From an uncultured Chthonomonadaceae bacterium (lineage in GTDB: Bacteria > Armatimonadota > Chthonomonadetes > Chthonomonadales > CAJBBX01), in contig CAYNFH010000002.1 of assembly GCA_964396385.1 (NCBI GenBank), positions 1,047 through 65,046 of the forward strand: DNA of 64,000 bases. The letters are read 5' to 3'. Below, piece after piece: positions 11,695 through 21,858 of the stretch; positions within the stretch are counted from its first letter, which is position 1, and each line of letters begins with the position of its first letter. Position numbers and translations under genes: made by a program. The notes under the pieces were generated by a model. The model ran no database searches. It was not told where the DNA came from and worked only from the letters and a program-made list of their open reading frames with translations.

Positions 11695-12810
11695 GTGGGA
11701 GCGAAAGGGGGGCGTGTGTCCTATCTCTGGTACTGGCCGTCAGGAGGGTGGGATTTCGAGCGGTGGCGGGACGGCTGCTCGTGGACGCCGGTGCGGGGGC
11801 CGCAGTCCGGACAGAAGGACCTCCGGCCTCCAATCCCGCGACGCGAATCTCTGCAAGAGTGGGAGGCTCTTCGGCCGGAGCTGCTGAGACTGACATGTGA
11901 GCTGCTGGGCGAAGTATCGGACTCACCGCCTGCCGAGATGCGCTGGGAGACGCTGGAGGAGTTTCCAGGCACCTCTTACCAGCTACGCCGCATCCGCTAC
12001 TCGCTCACGGACCGGGAGTGGGGCTACGCCTGGCTGCTGCTCCCTCGCGAGACAGACTCGCCACGACCCGCGGTGATCGCGCTGCACCAGACGGTGCCGC
12101 AGGGCAAGGACGAGCCCGTAGGAATCGAAGGCGATCCGGCGCTGGCGTACGGGCGAGAGCTGGCCGAGCGCGGGTTTGTGGTCCTGGCACCGGACGCGGT
12201 GGGGTTCGGGGAGCGGCGCATGGACCAACCGGGCGCCCTCTACCGGAGCGCCGACCGCTTCTTCCAGGCACACCCGGAGGGCTCCGTCATGGCGAAGATG
12301 GCGTTCGACACCTCGCGCGCGGTGGACTTCCTGGAACGGATGCCGGAGGTGGATTCCGCGCGCATCGGCTGCATCGGGCACTCCCACGGCGGTTATGGAA
12401 CGCTGTTCGCGATGCTGCGGGATGAGCGGATCCGCGCCGGGGTGATTAGCTGCGGCGTCACGCCCCTCCGGACCGACCCTACGCCGGAGCGCTGGTGGCG
12501 CCGAACCGCTCTCATCCCGAGGCTGGGCCTGTACGAGAGCGCGATGGAGGGGACGCCGGTGGACTTCCACCAATGGATCGCGCTCCTCGCGCCGCGGCCG
12601 GTGTTCCTCTCCGCCGCGCTGAACGACGCCATCTTCCCGAACACCGAATCGCTGCGGCGCCTCGCACGGCGGGCGCGTTCGGTGTATGGGGTGTACGGCG
12701 CGGTATCCTGTCTGCGCCCGTGGATCTTTCACGGACCGCACTGCTTCCCGCGTGAGGCGCGGACCAGAGCGTACCGGATGCTGGAGGAGACGTTTTGCTC
12801 ATTCCGATGA
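11695..12810 (+). CDS. Alpha/beta hydrolase (dienelactone hydrolase / acetyl-xylan-esterase-like); start uncertain
   Basis: Nucleophile elbow GHSHGG within IGCIGHSHGGYGTLFA, plus ALHQTVPQGKDEPVG. The N-terminal ~60 codons of the ORF may not be translated. Confidence 0.75.
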   Translation: MGAKGGRVSYLWYWPSGGWDFERWRDGCSWTPVRGPQSGQKDLRPPIPRRESLQEWEALRPELLRLTCELLGEVSDSPPAEMRWETLEEFPGTSYQLRRIRYSLTDREWGYAWLLLPRETDSPRPAVIALHQTVPQGKDEPVGIEGDPALAYGRELAERGFVVLAPDAVGFGERRMDQPGALYRSADRFFQAHPEGSVMAKMAFDTSRAVDFLERMPEVDSARIGCIGHSHGGYGTLFAMLRDERIRAGVISCGVTPLRTDPTPERWWRRTALIPRLGLYESAMEGTPVDFHQWIALLAPRPVFLSAALNDAIFPNTESLRRLARRARSVYGVYGAVSCLRPWIFHGPHCFPREARTRAYRMLEETFCSFR

Positions 12811-15548
12811 TCCTTCTCACGACTATGTCAGCCCACCCCGCCCATAGCGTCTTCTACCCGCCTGCGCTGGTGGCACGGGCGCGGGAGAACATCCGGCGCG
12901 GGGGATGGGCCGCCCAGGAGGGAGACCGGCTGGTGGCGGCGGCCCAGCCGTGGATGCGCATGCCGGACGACGAGCTGTGGCAGCTCATGTTCGGGAACAC
13001 CATCCGCAGGAGCTGGATGGTGTGGTCGAACGGGTTCTGCCCTGCCTGCAAGCAGCCGGTGCCCATGTACACCTGGGAGATAGACGCCCTCCGCACGCCG
13101 TGGAAGGTCCGCTGCCCCCACTGCGGGGAGCTGTTTCCCAAGAACGACTTCGCCCGTTTCTACCGCTCCGGACTGGATGAACACGGCATCTTCGAACCGG
13201 CCAGGGCGGACCGGTCTCTGCTGTACAACACGGAGCACCCCGATCCGCACGACCCGCTCCACCTGTTCGGCGTGGATGATGGCGAGGGCTACGTTCAGGG
13301 CGACCATCGCTGGCGCTTCATCGGCGCTTACCTCATCTACGGCCAGTGGAAGCAAGCCGTCTATGGGGGCATCGTTCGCCTGGCGGCGGCATACACCTTG
13401 ACCGGCGACCGCGCCTATGCCCATAAGGCGCTGGTACTCCTCGACCGCGTGGCGGACCTCTACCGCACGTTCGACTTCGGCCGCGAAGGCGTGATGTACG
13501 AGGGCCCGCCCAGCGCCGGATACGTCTCCACGTGGCATGACGCCTGCGAGGAGACACGTGAGCTGGCTCTGGCGTGGGATCAGGTTCGGGACGCACTGGA
13601 CGGCGACACGGGCCTGGTGGCGTTTCTTTCCGAGCAGGCTCACCGCTACGCTCTCGACAATCCCAAAACCACAGCCGAAGACATCCGCCGCAACGTAGAG
13701 GACCGCATCCTGCGGGACGCGCTGGCGCATCGAGACAGGATCCACTCCAACTATCCGCGGACCGAGATAGCCGTGGCGACTATCCTCACCGTGCTAGGGT
13801 GGCCCGAGAACCGGCAGGAGGTGCTTAGCCTGCTGGATCCGGTGCTGGATAAGTCCACGGCCGTGGACGGAGTTACGGGCGAGAAGGGGCTGGCGGGCTA
13901 CACCGCTTTCACCATTCGCGGGGTTGCTCTGCTCCTGGCGCAGTACGACCGGATGGACCCCACATTTCTGCCGGAGATGCTGCGCCGCCACCCGCGCCTC
14001 CATGCCATGTTCCGCTTCCACGTGGATACCCACTGCCTCTCGAGATACTATCCGGAGGTGGGGGATTCCGGTGGCTTTGCACAGCCTGTACCCACTTACC
14101 AGGGAGTCTCCTTCAGCTCGAATCCCGGCCTGGAGCCGAGTATGTACGGCTTCCTCTGGAGGCTATACCAGATCACCGGTGATGCTGCGTTTGTCCAGGC
14201 TCTGTACCAGGCAAACGGAGGCAAAGCGGACGGGCTGCCGTACGATCTGTTCGCAAAGGAGCCTCCGGCGTTCCAGCGGGGCGTACTGCAGGTCATCGCT
14301 CGCGAAGGTGTCGAGCCGCGGCTGCGCAGCGTCAACCTGAAGGAGTGGCATCTCGCGATACTCCGCTCCGGGCAAGGCGCGAACAGGCGGGCCGTGTGGT
14401 TGGAGTACGACAGCGGCGGGCCGCACGGCCACAAGAACGGCCTCAACCTGGGGCTGTTCGCGCACGGGCTGGATCTGCTGCCGGACTTCGGCTATCCGCC
14501 AGTCCAGTATGGCGGATGGTCCTCTCCCCGCGCCAACTGGTACCGTGCCACCGCGGCCCACAATACGGTGGTCGTGGACGGCCGGAACCAGCCCGACGGC
14601 GCGGGGACGTCCACGATCTGGGCGGACGGCGAGCGGTTTCATGCCGTCCGCGGGAACGCTCCAGCGCTGAACGGCGGGCACGAGTACGAGCGGACCATCG
14701 CGCTGGTGGACGTCTCCGACCGGGACGCCTACGTGGTGGACCTGTTCCGCGTGCAAGGCGGAGCGGACCACGCCATGTTCCTGCACGGTCCCTTCGGTAC
14801 GATCCAGGTCGAAGGCTTACCGCGCTCCCCTGCCCCGGAGTATGGACACGACGCGCTACTGCGCGACTTCCGCGGCGGGACACCCGCGGCGGAGAGCTGG
14901 TCCGCAGAATGGAATGTGGAGGACCGGTACCATGTGGCGTTGCCGGGCGCGCAAGTGCGTCTGCGCTGTACCGAACTGACCCGTGGCGCTCGGGGTTTTA
15001 CCTGCGAAGCCTGGGTCTCGCCCAGCGGCTTCCAGCAGACCGAGGAGGCCTGGATCCCATGCATCGTGGTCCGCCGCGGTAAGGAGGACGGAGGACCGAG
15101 GATGGGGGACGGACGGATCCCCCAGGCGCTGACGTCTACTTTTGTGTCCGTGCTGGAACCGTACGAGGGCTCTCGCGCTGCAAAGTCCATCCGCAGGCTG
15201 GATCCGGACGGGCAGGATTCCGAGGCGGTCGTGGAGGTCGGGCTTTCGGACGGGCGGCGTGACCTGCTGGCGGCACAAATGACCCAGGGTGCCCTCACGG
15301 AGCGAGGTTGGCGCCTGCATACGGACGCGGAGCTGTGCCATGTCCGGCGCGCCACGGATGGGCACGTGGAGCACATCGCCCTTTGCCACGGCAGCTTCCT
15401 GCAGGTGGGAGTGGTAAGACTGACGCTAACTGAGCCGGTAGAATTCGTGGAGGTGGCACTGGAGGGCAGCGGCGCCCGGATCGTGGGCGACAATGGTGCG
15501 ATCGTGAAGACGCTGACGGTTCGCGGGCGCACCGTCCCGGTGCGATGA
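12795..15548 (+). CDS. Heparinase II/III-like polysaccharide lyase family protein with N-terminal Cys4 ribbon
   Basis: GGPHGHKNGLNLGLFAHGLDLLPDFGYPPVQY...AAHNTVVVDGRNQ is the heparinase II/III C-domain signature. The ribbon is CPACKQ...CPHCGE. TTG 12795 overlaps the upstream stop; alternative ATGs are at 12807 and 12825. Confidence 0.8.
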   Translation: MLIPMILLTTMSAHPAHSVFYPPALVARARENIRRGGWAAQEGDRLVAAAQPWMRMPDDELWQLMFGNTIRRSWMVWSNGFCPACKQPVPMYTWEIDALRTPWKVRCPHCGELFPKNDFARFYRSGLDEHGIFEPARADRSLLYNTEHPDPHDPLHLFGVDDGEGYVQGDHRWRFIGAYLIYGQWKQAVYGGIVRLAAAYTLTGDRAYAHKALVLLDRVADLYRTFDFGREGVMYEGPPSAGYVSTWHDACEETRELALAWDQVRDALDGDTGLVAFLSEQAHRYALDNPKTTAEDIRRNVEDRILRDALAHRDRIHSNYPRTEIAVATILTVLGWPENRQEVLSLLDPVLDKSTAVDGVTGEKGLAGYTAFTIRGVALLLAQYDRMDPTFLPEMLRRHPRLHAMFRFHVDTHCLSRYYPEVGDSGGFAQPVPTYQGVSFSSNPGLEPSMYGFLWRLYQITGDAAFVQALYQANGGKADGLPYDLFAKEPPAFQRGVLQVIAREGVEPRLRSVNLKEWHLAILRSGQGANRRAVWLEYDSGGPHGHKNGLNLGLFAHGLDLLPDFGYPPVQYGGWSSPRANWYRATAAHNTVVVDGRNQPDGAGTSTIWADGERFHAVRGNAPALNGGHEYERTIALVDVSDRDAYVVDLFRVQGGADHAMFLHGPFGTIQVEGLPRSPAPEYGHDALLRDFRGGTPAAESWSAEWNVEDRYHVALPGAQVRLRCTELTRGARGFTCEAWVSPSGFQQTEEAWIPCIVVRRGKEDGGPRMGDGRIPQALTSTFVSVLEPYEGSRAAKSIRRLDPDGQDSEAVVEVGLSDGRRDLLAAQMTQGALTERGWRLHTDAELCHVRRATDGHVEHIALCHGSFLQVGVVRLTLTEPVEFVEVALEGSGARIVGDNGAIVKTLTVRGRTVPVR

Positions 15549-17470
15549 TCGATCCGACCTCCAGCCCGCTTCCAGAATCGCCCCAGCCGAAGCCTTCGCC
15601 CAGTCCTTTGCGCATCCGGGCGCGGGCGATTGCGGTCACCTTCGCCGCGCAGGCGGTCCTGATCGCGTGGACGGCGGACAGCGAGATCGCGCGCGGGATC
15701 TACCTCATCTGCTATGCCCTGATGATGCCGACGGTGCTCTACCTGCTGGCCGCACGGCTCCTGCAGGGATGGCTGGAGCGGCACGAGGTGCTGTTCAGCT
15801 ACGTGGTCCTCACCGGCACGCTGCCGATTATCGGCTTTGGCGCAATGCGGTTCCTGCTGCCCGGCGCGGGCTATCTGCCCTACTTCTCGGAGACCCAGCC
15901 GCAGTGGGCGCGGTACCTGGGCGCGGCGGCCCGCCTGCCGGTGCTGCACGATCCGGCGGCCATCCGCGGGCTATACCGCGGCGCGGAGGGCGTGCCGTGG
16001 GGCGCCTGGCTGCCGTTCATCGGGTTCTGGAGCGTGTACCTGCTGGCGCTGAGCGGCGTCTGGCTCGGCCTGGCAGCCCTGCTCCACCGCGTGTGGATCC
16101 GCCAGGAGCGGCTGACGTTCCCGGTAGCGGTCCTCCCTCTCCAGCTCACCGACCCGCGCGACGACGTGCTTCACCGCCCGCTCTTCTGGCTGGGCTGCGC
16201 CATCCCGGCCGTGATGCAGAGCCTGCTGGCGCTGCACGACTGGTTTCCCGCGGTACCCGCCGTGCAGCTCAAGGCGTTCGACGTGCGGCCACTATTCTTC
16301 ACCTCCCCGCCCTGGAGCTCCATCCCGGATATCTCCATCGGCTTCTACCCCATGGCCATCGGGCTGGCCTACTTCGTGCCCAGCCATGTGAGCCTGAGCT
16401 GCTGGCTCTTCTGGCTGGTCGCCAAGCTCTCCTACGTGGGCGGAGCGATGGCGGGCCTGGACTCGGGCGGGGCGGGCTCCTCGCGGTTCCCGTTCAAGGA
16501 GGAGCAGGCGGCGGGCGCCTGGATCGCGTTCGGGCTGATGGCGCTGTGGACGGCCCGCCGGTCTCTCCAAAGCGCCCGATCGGACTTGTCAGACCGGGCG
16601 GACAGGTCTGACAATGGGCAGATTCGACTCTGGGCTGGTGGCGCAGTGGCCTGCGGCGGCGTGTGCATCCTGATGATGCTGGCGGCAGGCATGACAGGTG
16701 CGATGGCCGCGCTGGTCCTGACGGTCTACGTGCTGTACGTGGTGAGCGGAGCGCGGGTCCGGGCGGAGGCCGGGGGGCAGTGGACCTTCGCGCCGGCCCT
16801 GTGGACGCCGTACAGAGTGGCAACCGCGGCGCTCGGCTCGCGGGACCTCGGGCTCCAGCCTCTGGCGGCGGGGGCGCACTTCGACTTGGTCCACGTGGAC
16901 ATCCGGGGTCAGTCGCTCCCCTACGTGCTGGAGGGGCTGAAGATCGCGGACTCCGCGGGGATTCCCTGGCAGACGGTTCTCCGATGGGTGGGGCTGGGCA
17001 CGGTGACGGCGCTGGCGCTCGGCTGGTGGAGCAGCCTGAGCAACTTCTACGCGGTGGGCGCGACGACGGCACATGGGAATGCGTACGTCCTCACCAAAGC
17101 GCGCATCGAGATGGACCAGATGCACGCGGCTGCCAACAGCCACGCGGGTCCCGACACGCCGGGGCTGGGGGCCATGGTCTTCGGGGCCACAGTAACGCTG
17201 CTTCTGGCGGCGCTCCGCGCTCGCTTCTCCGGCTTTCCGCTGCATGCGGTGGGTTACGTGCTGGCGAATACCTTCACGATGAACGCGTTTTTCGTGCCAT
17301 TCCTCCTGGCCTGGGCGGCCAAGGTGTTCATCCAGCGGCTTGGCAACATCACGTACCGCCGGAGCATCCCCTTCTTCGTGGGGCTCATCCTGGGCGATAT
17401 TGCCACGCAGGCGGGCTGGGCCATTATCGGGCGGATACTGGACAAGCCGGTGTATCAGTTTCTGTCGTGA
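15545..17470 (+). CDS. Large polytopic integral membrane protein of unknown function (possible transporter)
   Basis: 641 aa with many long hydrophobic segments. The ATGA start/stop overlap with the lyase gene implies translational coupling. No family motif recognised. Confidence 0.75.
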   Translation: MIDPTSSPLPESPQPKPSPSPLRIRARAIAVTFAAQAVLIAWTADSEIARGIYLICYALMMPTVLYLLAARLLQGWLERHEVLFSYVVLTGTLPIIGFGAMRFLLPGAGYLPYFSETQPQWARYLGAAARLPVLHDPAAIRGLYRGAEGVPWGAWLPFIGFWSVYLLALSGVWLGLAALLHRVWIRQERLTFPVAVLPLQLTDPRDDVLHRPLFWLGCAIPAVMQSLLALHDWFPAVPAVQLKAFDVRPLFFTSPPWSSIPDISIGFYPMAIGLAYFVPSHVSLSCWLFWLVAKLSYVGGAMAGLDSGGAGSSRFPFKEEQAAGAWIAFGLMALWTARRSLQSARSDLSDRADRSDNGQIRLWAGGAVACGGVCILMMLAAGMTGAMAALVLTVYVLYVVSGARVRAEAGGQWTFAPALWTPYRVATAALGSRDLGLQPLAAGAHFDLVHVDIRGQSLPYVLEGLKIADSAGIPWQTVLRWVGLGTVTALALGWWSSLSNFYAVGATTAHGNAYVLTKARIEMDQMHAAANSHAGPDTPGLGAMVFGATVTLLLAALRARFSGFPLHAVGYVLANTFTMNAFFVPFLLAWAAKVFIQRLGNITYRRSIPFFVGLILGDIATQAGWAIIGRILDKPVYQFLS

Positions 17471-17520
17471 GTCGAGAGTCGTGAGTCGTGAGACCGGATC
17501 CGGGTGTTCAGGTGTTCAGG
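17467..17520. repeat. Heptamer-array element: (GAGTCGW)n - GACCGGATCCGG - (GTGTTCA)2
   Basis: gtgagtcgagagtcgtgagtcgtgagaccggatccgggtgttcaggtgttcagg; the stop codon of the membrane-protein gene lies in the first unit. Confidence 0.85.
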
Positions 17521-17584
17521 CATGGGCAACGGTGGAGTTGCGTGAAGCCGCAGGACTGTTTGGGAGGAGGCGGAACATAGGGGC

Positions 17585-19327
17585 ATGGCTGCGCCGAACC
17601 TGCCGCTAGGAGTGTGTGTGCTGCCGGAGATGGGGCGGAACGCCGCGCGCACGGTGGCGTATCCGGGCTACGTGCACGAGATCCTGGCGCACGCCGGGAT
17701 CTGTTACGCGGCGGCGCCCTGGGATGAGCTGCCGGAGAAGTTGGATGGGCTGCGAATCCTGGTGACAGTTGGCGAAGCGGCTTTGCCCGAGGGGCTCCAG
17801 CAGCGGCTGCGGGAGTGGGTGGAAGCGGGCGGTGCGTGGCTCGCGGTGGCGGGCGTGTGCGGGATGGAGGAGCTGTTCGGCGTGCGGGTGGAGCAGCCGG
17901 CGTACTCCACGTGGGGCGGAGGGCTCTGCACGCTGGGCGAGGGGTATGTGCGGCCAGGCGGCGGGGGTGCGCTAATGGACCACGTCCAGTATCCGCTGCA
18001 CTATTTCAACGGGCTGCCGGTGCAGGCGGTGGGGGCGTCCACGCTGGCGACGTGTCTGGACGCGCACGGGCGTGAGACGGAGCGAAGCGCAATAACGGAG
18101 CGAGACGTCGGGCCGGGGTACTGCCTGTTGATTGCGCCGGACGTGACGGGCGCGGTGGTGCGGATACAGCAGGGAATCGCGGTCACGCGGGATGGGGTGC
18201 CGGCGGGCGACGGCACCGCGCCAGTGAACGACGCAGTACTCAAGAGCGATGATGGCGCGGTGCTGGACTGGATTCTGGACCGGGAGCCGGTACCGGGCGT
18301 GCCAGGATTCCGCGCCTTCCTCCAGCCCATCGCCGACCAGTGGCGCGAGCTGCTTATCCGCGCCATCCTCCATACTGCCCGGAGGCAGAAGGTACCGCTG
18401 CCCGTGCTCTGGTACTATCCCCGCAACTTGCCGGCCCTCGGCCATCTCTCCCACGACACGGACGGCAATGAGCCCGATCCGGCCTACGCGCTGCTGGATC
18501 ACGAGCAGAAGCTGGAGGTAAAGTCGACGTGGTGCGTGATCTTGCCGGGATACGACGGCGGACTCATCCGGTCCATCGGGAGGCACGGCCACGAGCTAGC
18601 GCTGCACTACGATGCCATGACGGACGGCTGCCCCTGGAGCGAGGAGGAGTTCGATCGGCAGTGGCGGCTGTTGACGGAGCTGTTTGGGGAACGACCTACC
18701 AGCAACAAGAACCACTACCTGCGATGGGAGGGCGATACGGAGCTGTGGGAGTGGTGCTGTGAACGGGGAATCCAGCTCGACCAGTCTAAAGGCGCTTCCA
18801 AGACCGGCGAGGCGGGATTCAACTTCGGGACGTGCCATCCGTACTTCCCGGTGGCGCGCGAGGGCGCCCTTCTCGACGTGCTGGAGCTGCCCACGCCCAC
18901 GCAGGACCTGGGAGTGTTCGCGCCGCCGGAACTGCTGGATCCGCTGCTGGGCGCCGTTACGCGCCACCACGGCGTGCTGCACCTGCTGTTCCACCCGGCG
19001 CACGTGACCAAGCCGGCGGTGGCGGCCGCGCTCATCGATGCCGTTGAGCGAGGCAGAAAAGCCGGGCTGGAGTGGTGGACGGCGGCGGAGATTAACCATT
19101 GGGAGCGCGCCCGCCGGCAGGTGGAGTGGCTCGGATATGAGTGCGCGGATGGAACCGTCCACGTGCGACTGCGGTGCGGGGTGCCATTCTCGGAGGCGAC
19201 GATTCTCTGGCTCGCCGGCGACGGGGAAGCGGATACGGTATGTCGGTGGGGTGTCCCGTTCCGCGCGCATCCGTTTGACGCGGGGGCGGGAGAAGTGGTG
19301 GAGATTTCGTCCGAAGGTACAGCGTAG
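17585..19327 (+). CDS. Hypothetical protein with polysaccharide-deacetylase-like central region
   Basis: 580 aa. GHLSHDTDGNEP and GHELALHYDAM resemble the His/Asp motifs of the deacetylase beta/alpha barrel. The N-terminal LRILVTVGEAALPEG...AGGAWLAVAG looks like a flavodoxin/GATase-like fold. Confidence 0.5.
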   Translation: MAAPNLPLGVCVLPEMGRNAARTVAYPGYVHEILAHAGICYAAAPWDELPEKLDGLRILVTVGEAALPEGLQQRLREWVEAGGAWLAVAGVCGMEELFGVRVEQPAYSTWGGGLCTLGEGYVRPGGGGALMDHVQYPLHYFNGLPVQAVGASTLATCLDAHGRETERSAITERDVGPGYCLLIAPDVTGAVVRIQQGIAVTRDGVPAGDGTAPVNDAVLKSDDGAVLDWILDREPVPGVPGFRAFLQPIADQWRELLIRAILHTARRQKVPLPVLWYYPRNLPALGHLSHDTDGNEPDPAYALLDHEQKLEVKSTWCVILPGYDGGLIRSIGRHGHELALHYDAMTDGCPWSEEEFDRQWRLLTELFGERPTSNKNHYLRWEGDTELWEWCCERGIQLDQSKGASKTGEAGFNFGTCHPYFPVAREGALLDVLELPTPTQDLGVFAPPELLDPLLGAVTRHHGVLHLLFHPAHVTKPAVAAALIDAVERGRKAGLEWWTAAEINHWERARRQVEWLGYECADGTVHVRLRCGVPFSEATILWLAGDGEADTVCRWGVPFRAHPFDAGAGEVVEISSEGTA

Positions 19328-19461
19328 GGGTGACGGCTTTGCCCCGGGCGACTGAAGTCGCGGGCAACAAAGACGCAAAGTCCACCTTCGTGGACTCGGG
19401 ATTCCGAAAAGGACCAGACGGGCGACCACACAGGGTCGCCCCTACCAGTTGGAGAAGACCC

Positions 19462-20709
19462 ATGACTTTGGCGATTGACGTGGAACGGCCGGCGGTGGCG
19501 GGGGGCGCGCCGGCCAAGACTCGGCCCTACGGCAAGGAGCCGCGATACGGAGCGGAGGAGCTGCGCGAGCTGGAAGAGGCGCTGGCGCAGGGCACCCTCT
19601 TCTACGCGCAGGGCCGCAAGGTTAAGGCGCTGGAGGAGGAGTTCGCGCGGCGCAACGGCGTGGGGTTTGCGGTCGCGTGCTCCAGCGGCACCTCCGCCAT
19701 CCACGCCGCCCTGGCCGCGCTGGAGGTCGGGCCCGGCGATGAGGTCATCACCTCCCCCATCACGGACGCCGGCACCATCGTGCCCATCCTCTACCAGGGC
19801 GCAATCCCGGTGTTCGCGGACCTGCATCCGCACACCTACTGCCTGTCGCCCGCTTCGGTCCGGGAGGCCATTACGCCGCGCACTCGTGCCGTTATCGCGG
19901 TGCACCTGGGCGGCAATGCCTGCGACCTGGACGCGCTGGCGGACCTCTGCCGCCGCCGCGGCGTCGCGCTCATCGAGGACTGCGCGCAGGCCCTCGGCGG
20001 CCGGTACCGCGGGCGCTCAATAGGTACTATCGGGAGGATAGGTTGTTTCTCGCTGAACGAGTTCAAGCACATCTCCTGCGGCGACGGGGGTCTCGTCATC
20101 ACGGACGATGAGGCACTGGCGGTGCGGCTCCGGCTGGCGACTGACAAGGGGTATGACCGCCGGCCCGAAGGGCCGGTGCGCAGTCCCACCTTCCTGGCCA
20201 ACAACTACCGCATGACGGAGCTGCAGGGCGCGGTCGCGCTCGCCCAGCTCCGCAAACTGGACAGCATTGTGGAGCGCCGCCGCGCCTGGTGCTCCGCGCT
20301 CACGCATCGCCTGCGCGGCCTGCCCGGTATCCACCTGCCGGAAGTGACGCCCGGCTGCAAATCGTCCTGGTGGTTCTACATGTTGCGCGTGGTCCCGCAA
20401 GAGCTAGGCGCGGACGCCACTACTTTCGCGCAGGCCCTCGGGTCCGAAGGGCTCCCGAGCTGGGCGCACTACATCGGCCAGTGCGTCTATGAAAAGCCGC
20501 TGCTGGCCGAGCACCGCGCGTTCGCCAAGGGAGAACATCCGTACACGGCGCGCGAGTACCGGCATGGTATCTGCCCCACCGCCGAGGCCATCCTGGACAC
20601 GTGCGTGGTCCTCAGCGTTAATGAGGCGTACACGGAGGAGGACCTGGAGGAGACGGCGCGGGCGATCCGGCGGAACGCGGCATGGTTCCGGTCCAGGGAT
20701 GAAGGATGA
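19462..20709 (+). CDS. DegT/DnrJ/EryC1/StrS family PLP-dependent aminotransferase
   Basis: GGAGAAG lies before ATG 19462. Contains VACSSGTSAIHAALAAL, ITSPITDAG and the active-site Lys region SLNEFKHISCGDGG. Confidence 0.9.
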   Translation: MTLAIDVERPAVAGGAPAKTRPYGKEPRYGAEELRELEEALAQGTLFYAQGRKVKALEEEFARRNGVGFAVACSSGTSAIHAALAALEVGPGDEVITSPITDAGTIVPILYQGAIPVFADLHPHTYCLSPASVREAITPRTRAVIAVHLGGNACDLDALADLCRRRGVALIEDCAQALGGRYRGRSIGTIGRIGCFSLNEFKHISCGDGGLVITDDEALAVRLRLATDKGYDRRPEGPVRSPTFLANNYRMTELQGAVALAQLRKLDSIVERRRAWCSALTHRLRGLPGIHLPEVTPGCKSSWWFYMLRVVPQELGADATTFAQALGSEGLPSWAHYIGQCVYEKPLLAEHRAFAKGEHPYTAREYRHGICPTAEAILDTCVVLSVNEAYTEEDLEETARAIRRNAAWFRSRDEG

Positions 20710-20802
20710 GGGATGAACGGCGGAGCGGGTGAGCGGGCGAGTGGGCGAGCGGGCGAACCCGAAGTCCGGTCTCACGACTCACGACTCACGACTCACGACT
20801 CG
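20696..20802. repeat. Triple heptamer-array element: (GATGARG)3 - (GGGCGAG)4 - CCCGAAGTCCGG - (TCACGAC)4
   Basis: Read directly. It spans the DegT stop and the first ~30 codons of the 20713 ORF. Confidence 0.9.
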
Positions 20803-21831
20803 CCGCCTGATCGCATAGAGAACGTCGGCCACCTAGAGGAGATGCTGAGCGAGCCCACGACCGGCGTGGTGGAGATGCTCGGCGGGCTGGATGGCGACGT
20901 GCTAGTGCTGGGTGCGGCCGGGAAGATGGGCCCGAGCCTCGCTCGCATGGCGCGTCGGGCGCTGGACGCCGCGGGTAGCCGCGCCCGAGTCATCGCCGTG
21001 TCGCGGTTCAGCGCGCCGGATTCCGAGGCCGGGTTCCACGCCCACAACGTGGAGACCGTTCGCTGCGACCTGCTCGACCTCGATGCGCTTGCGGGCCTGC
21101 CGGAAGTACCCAATGTGGTCTACATGGCCGGCATGAAATTCGGCTCGACAGGGGGCGAGCCGCTCACGTGGGCGCTCAACGCCTTCCTGCCGGGATTGGT
21201 CTGCCGGCGGTTTCGCAACAGCCGGATCGCCGCCTTTTCCACGGGCAATGTCTACCCGTTCACGCCGCCGGAGCGGGGCGGCAGCGTGGAGACCGACCCT
21301 CCGGCGCCGGTGGGAGAGTACGCGCAGAGCTGCCTGGGCCGCGAGCGCATCTTCGAGCACTTCAGCGGCTCCCTTGAAACGCCGGTCTCCATCATCCGGC
21401 TGAACTACGCGGTGGAGATGCGGTACGGCGTGCTGGCGGACCTGGCCCGCAGGGTGTATGAGGGCCAGCCCGTGGCTCTGGAGATGGGCTGGTTCAACTG
21501 CATCTGGCAGGCGGACGCCAACGCCATGGCGCTGCAGTCGCTGGCCCACGCCTCCAGCCCGCCCCTGGCGCTGAATGTCACGGGGCCTGAGCTGCTGAGC
21601 GTCCGCCAGGTCTGTATGGATCTGGGGTCCCTGCTGGGACGGGAACCTACCTTCACCGGCCAGGAGGCATCAGATGCCCTGCTGAGCAACGCAGCCCGCG
21701 CGTTCCGTCTTTTCGGGGGCCCGCGCGTGGATGCCGCGCAGCTCCTCCGCTGGACGGCCGACTGGGTGTCGCGGGGCGGCGCCAGCCTGGACAAGCCGAC
21801 GCACTTTGAGGAGCGGGAGGGGAGGTTTTGA
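20713..21831 (+). CDS. NAD-dependent epimerase/dehydratase (extended SDR) family protein; start ambiguous (ATG 20713 or 20842)
   Basis: Rossmann motif VLVLGAAGKMGPSLA. If ATG 20713 is used, the N-terminus (SHDSRLTTHDS) is encoded by the heptamer arrays. Confidence 0.8.
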   Translation: MNGGAGERASGRAGEPEVRSHDSRLTTHDSPPDRIENVGHLEEMLSEPTTGVVEMLGGLDGDVLVLGAAGKMGPSLARMARRALDAAGSRARVIAVSRFSAPDSEAGFHAHNVETVRCDLLDLDALAGLPEVPNVVYMAGMKFGSTGGEPLTWALNAFLPGLVCRRFRNSRIAAFSTGNVYPFTPPERGGSVETDPPAPVGEYAQSCLGRERIFEHFSGSLETPVSIIRLNYAVEMRYGVLADLARRVYEGQPVALEMGWFNCIWQADANAMALQSLAHASSPPLALNVTGPELLSVRQVCMDLGSLLGREPTFTGQEASDALLSNAARAFRLFGGPRVDAAQLLRWTADWVSRGGASLDKPTHFEEREGRF

Positions 21832-21858
21832 GGGATGAGGGATGAGGGATGAATCCGG
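21829..21858. repeat. Heptamer array (GAGGGAT)3 + GAATCCGG
   Basis: tgagggatgagggatgagggatgaatccgg. It contains both the upstream stop codon and the ATG at 21849. Confidence 0.9.

Noticed and set aside
14729-15949. 406-aa minus-strand ORF
   Set aside because: It is antisense to the lyase and membrane-protein genes and has Arg/Pro-rich composition, no RBS and no motifs.
18715-19905. 396-aa minus-strand ORF
   Set aside because: It is antisense to the deacetylase-like and DegT genes, with shadow-ORF composition.
20696-20802. Heptamer arrays as a CRISPR array or as ordinary microsatellites
   Set aside because: The units are 7 nt with no spacers, so they are not CRISPR. The recurrence of composite array-core-array architecture at many loci argues against random slippage alone.
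20713-20841. Firm choice of the SDR gene start
   Set aside because: ATG 20713 would translate three repeat arrays, while ATG 20842 has GAGGAG directly abutting it with zero spacing. Neither is convincing, so I left it ambiguous.
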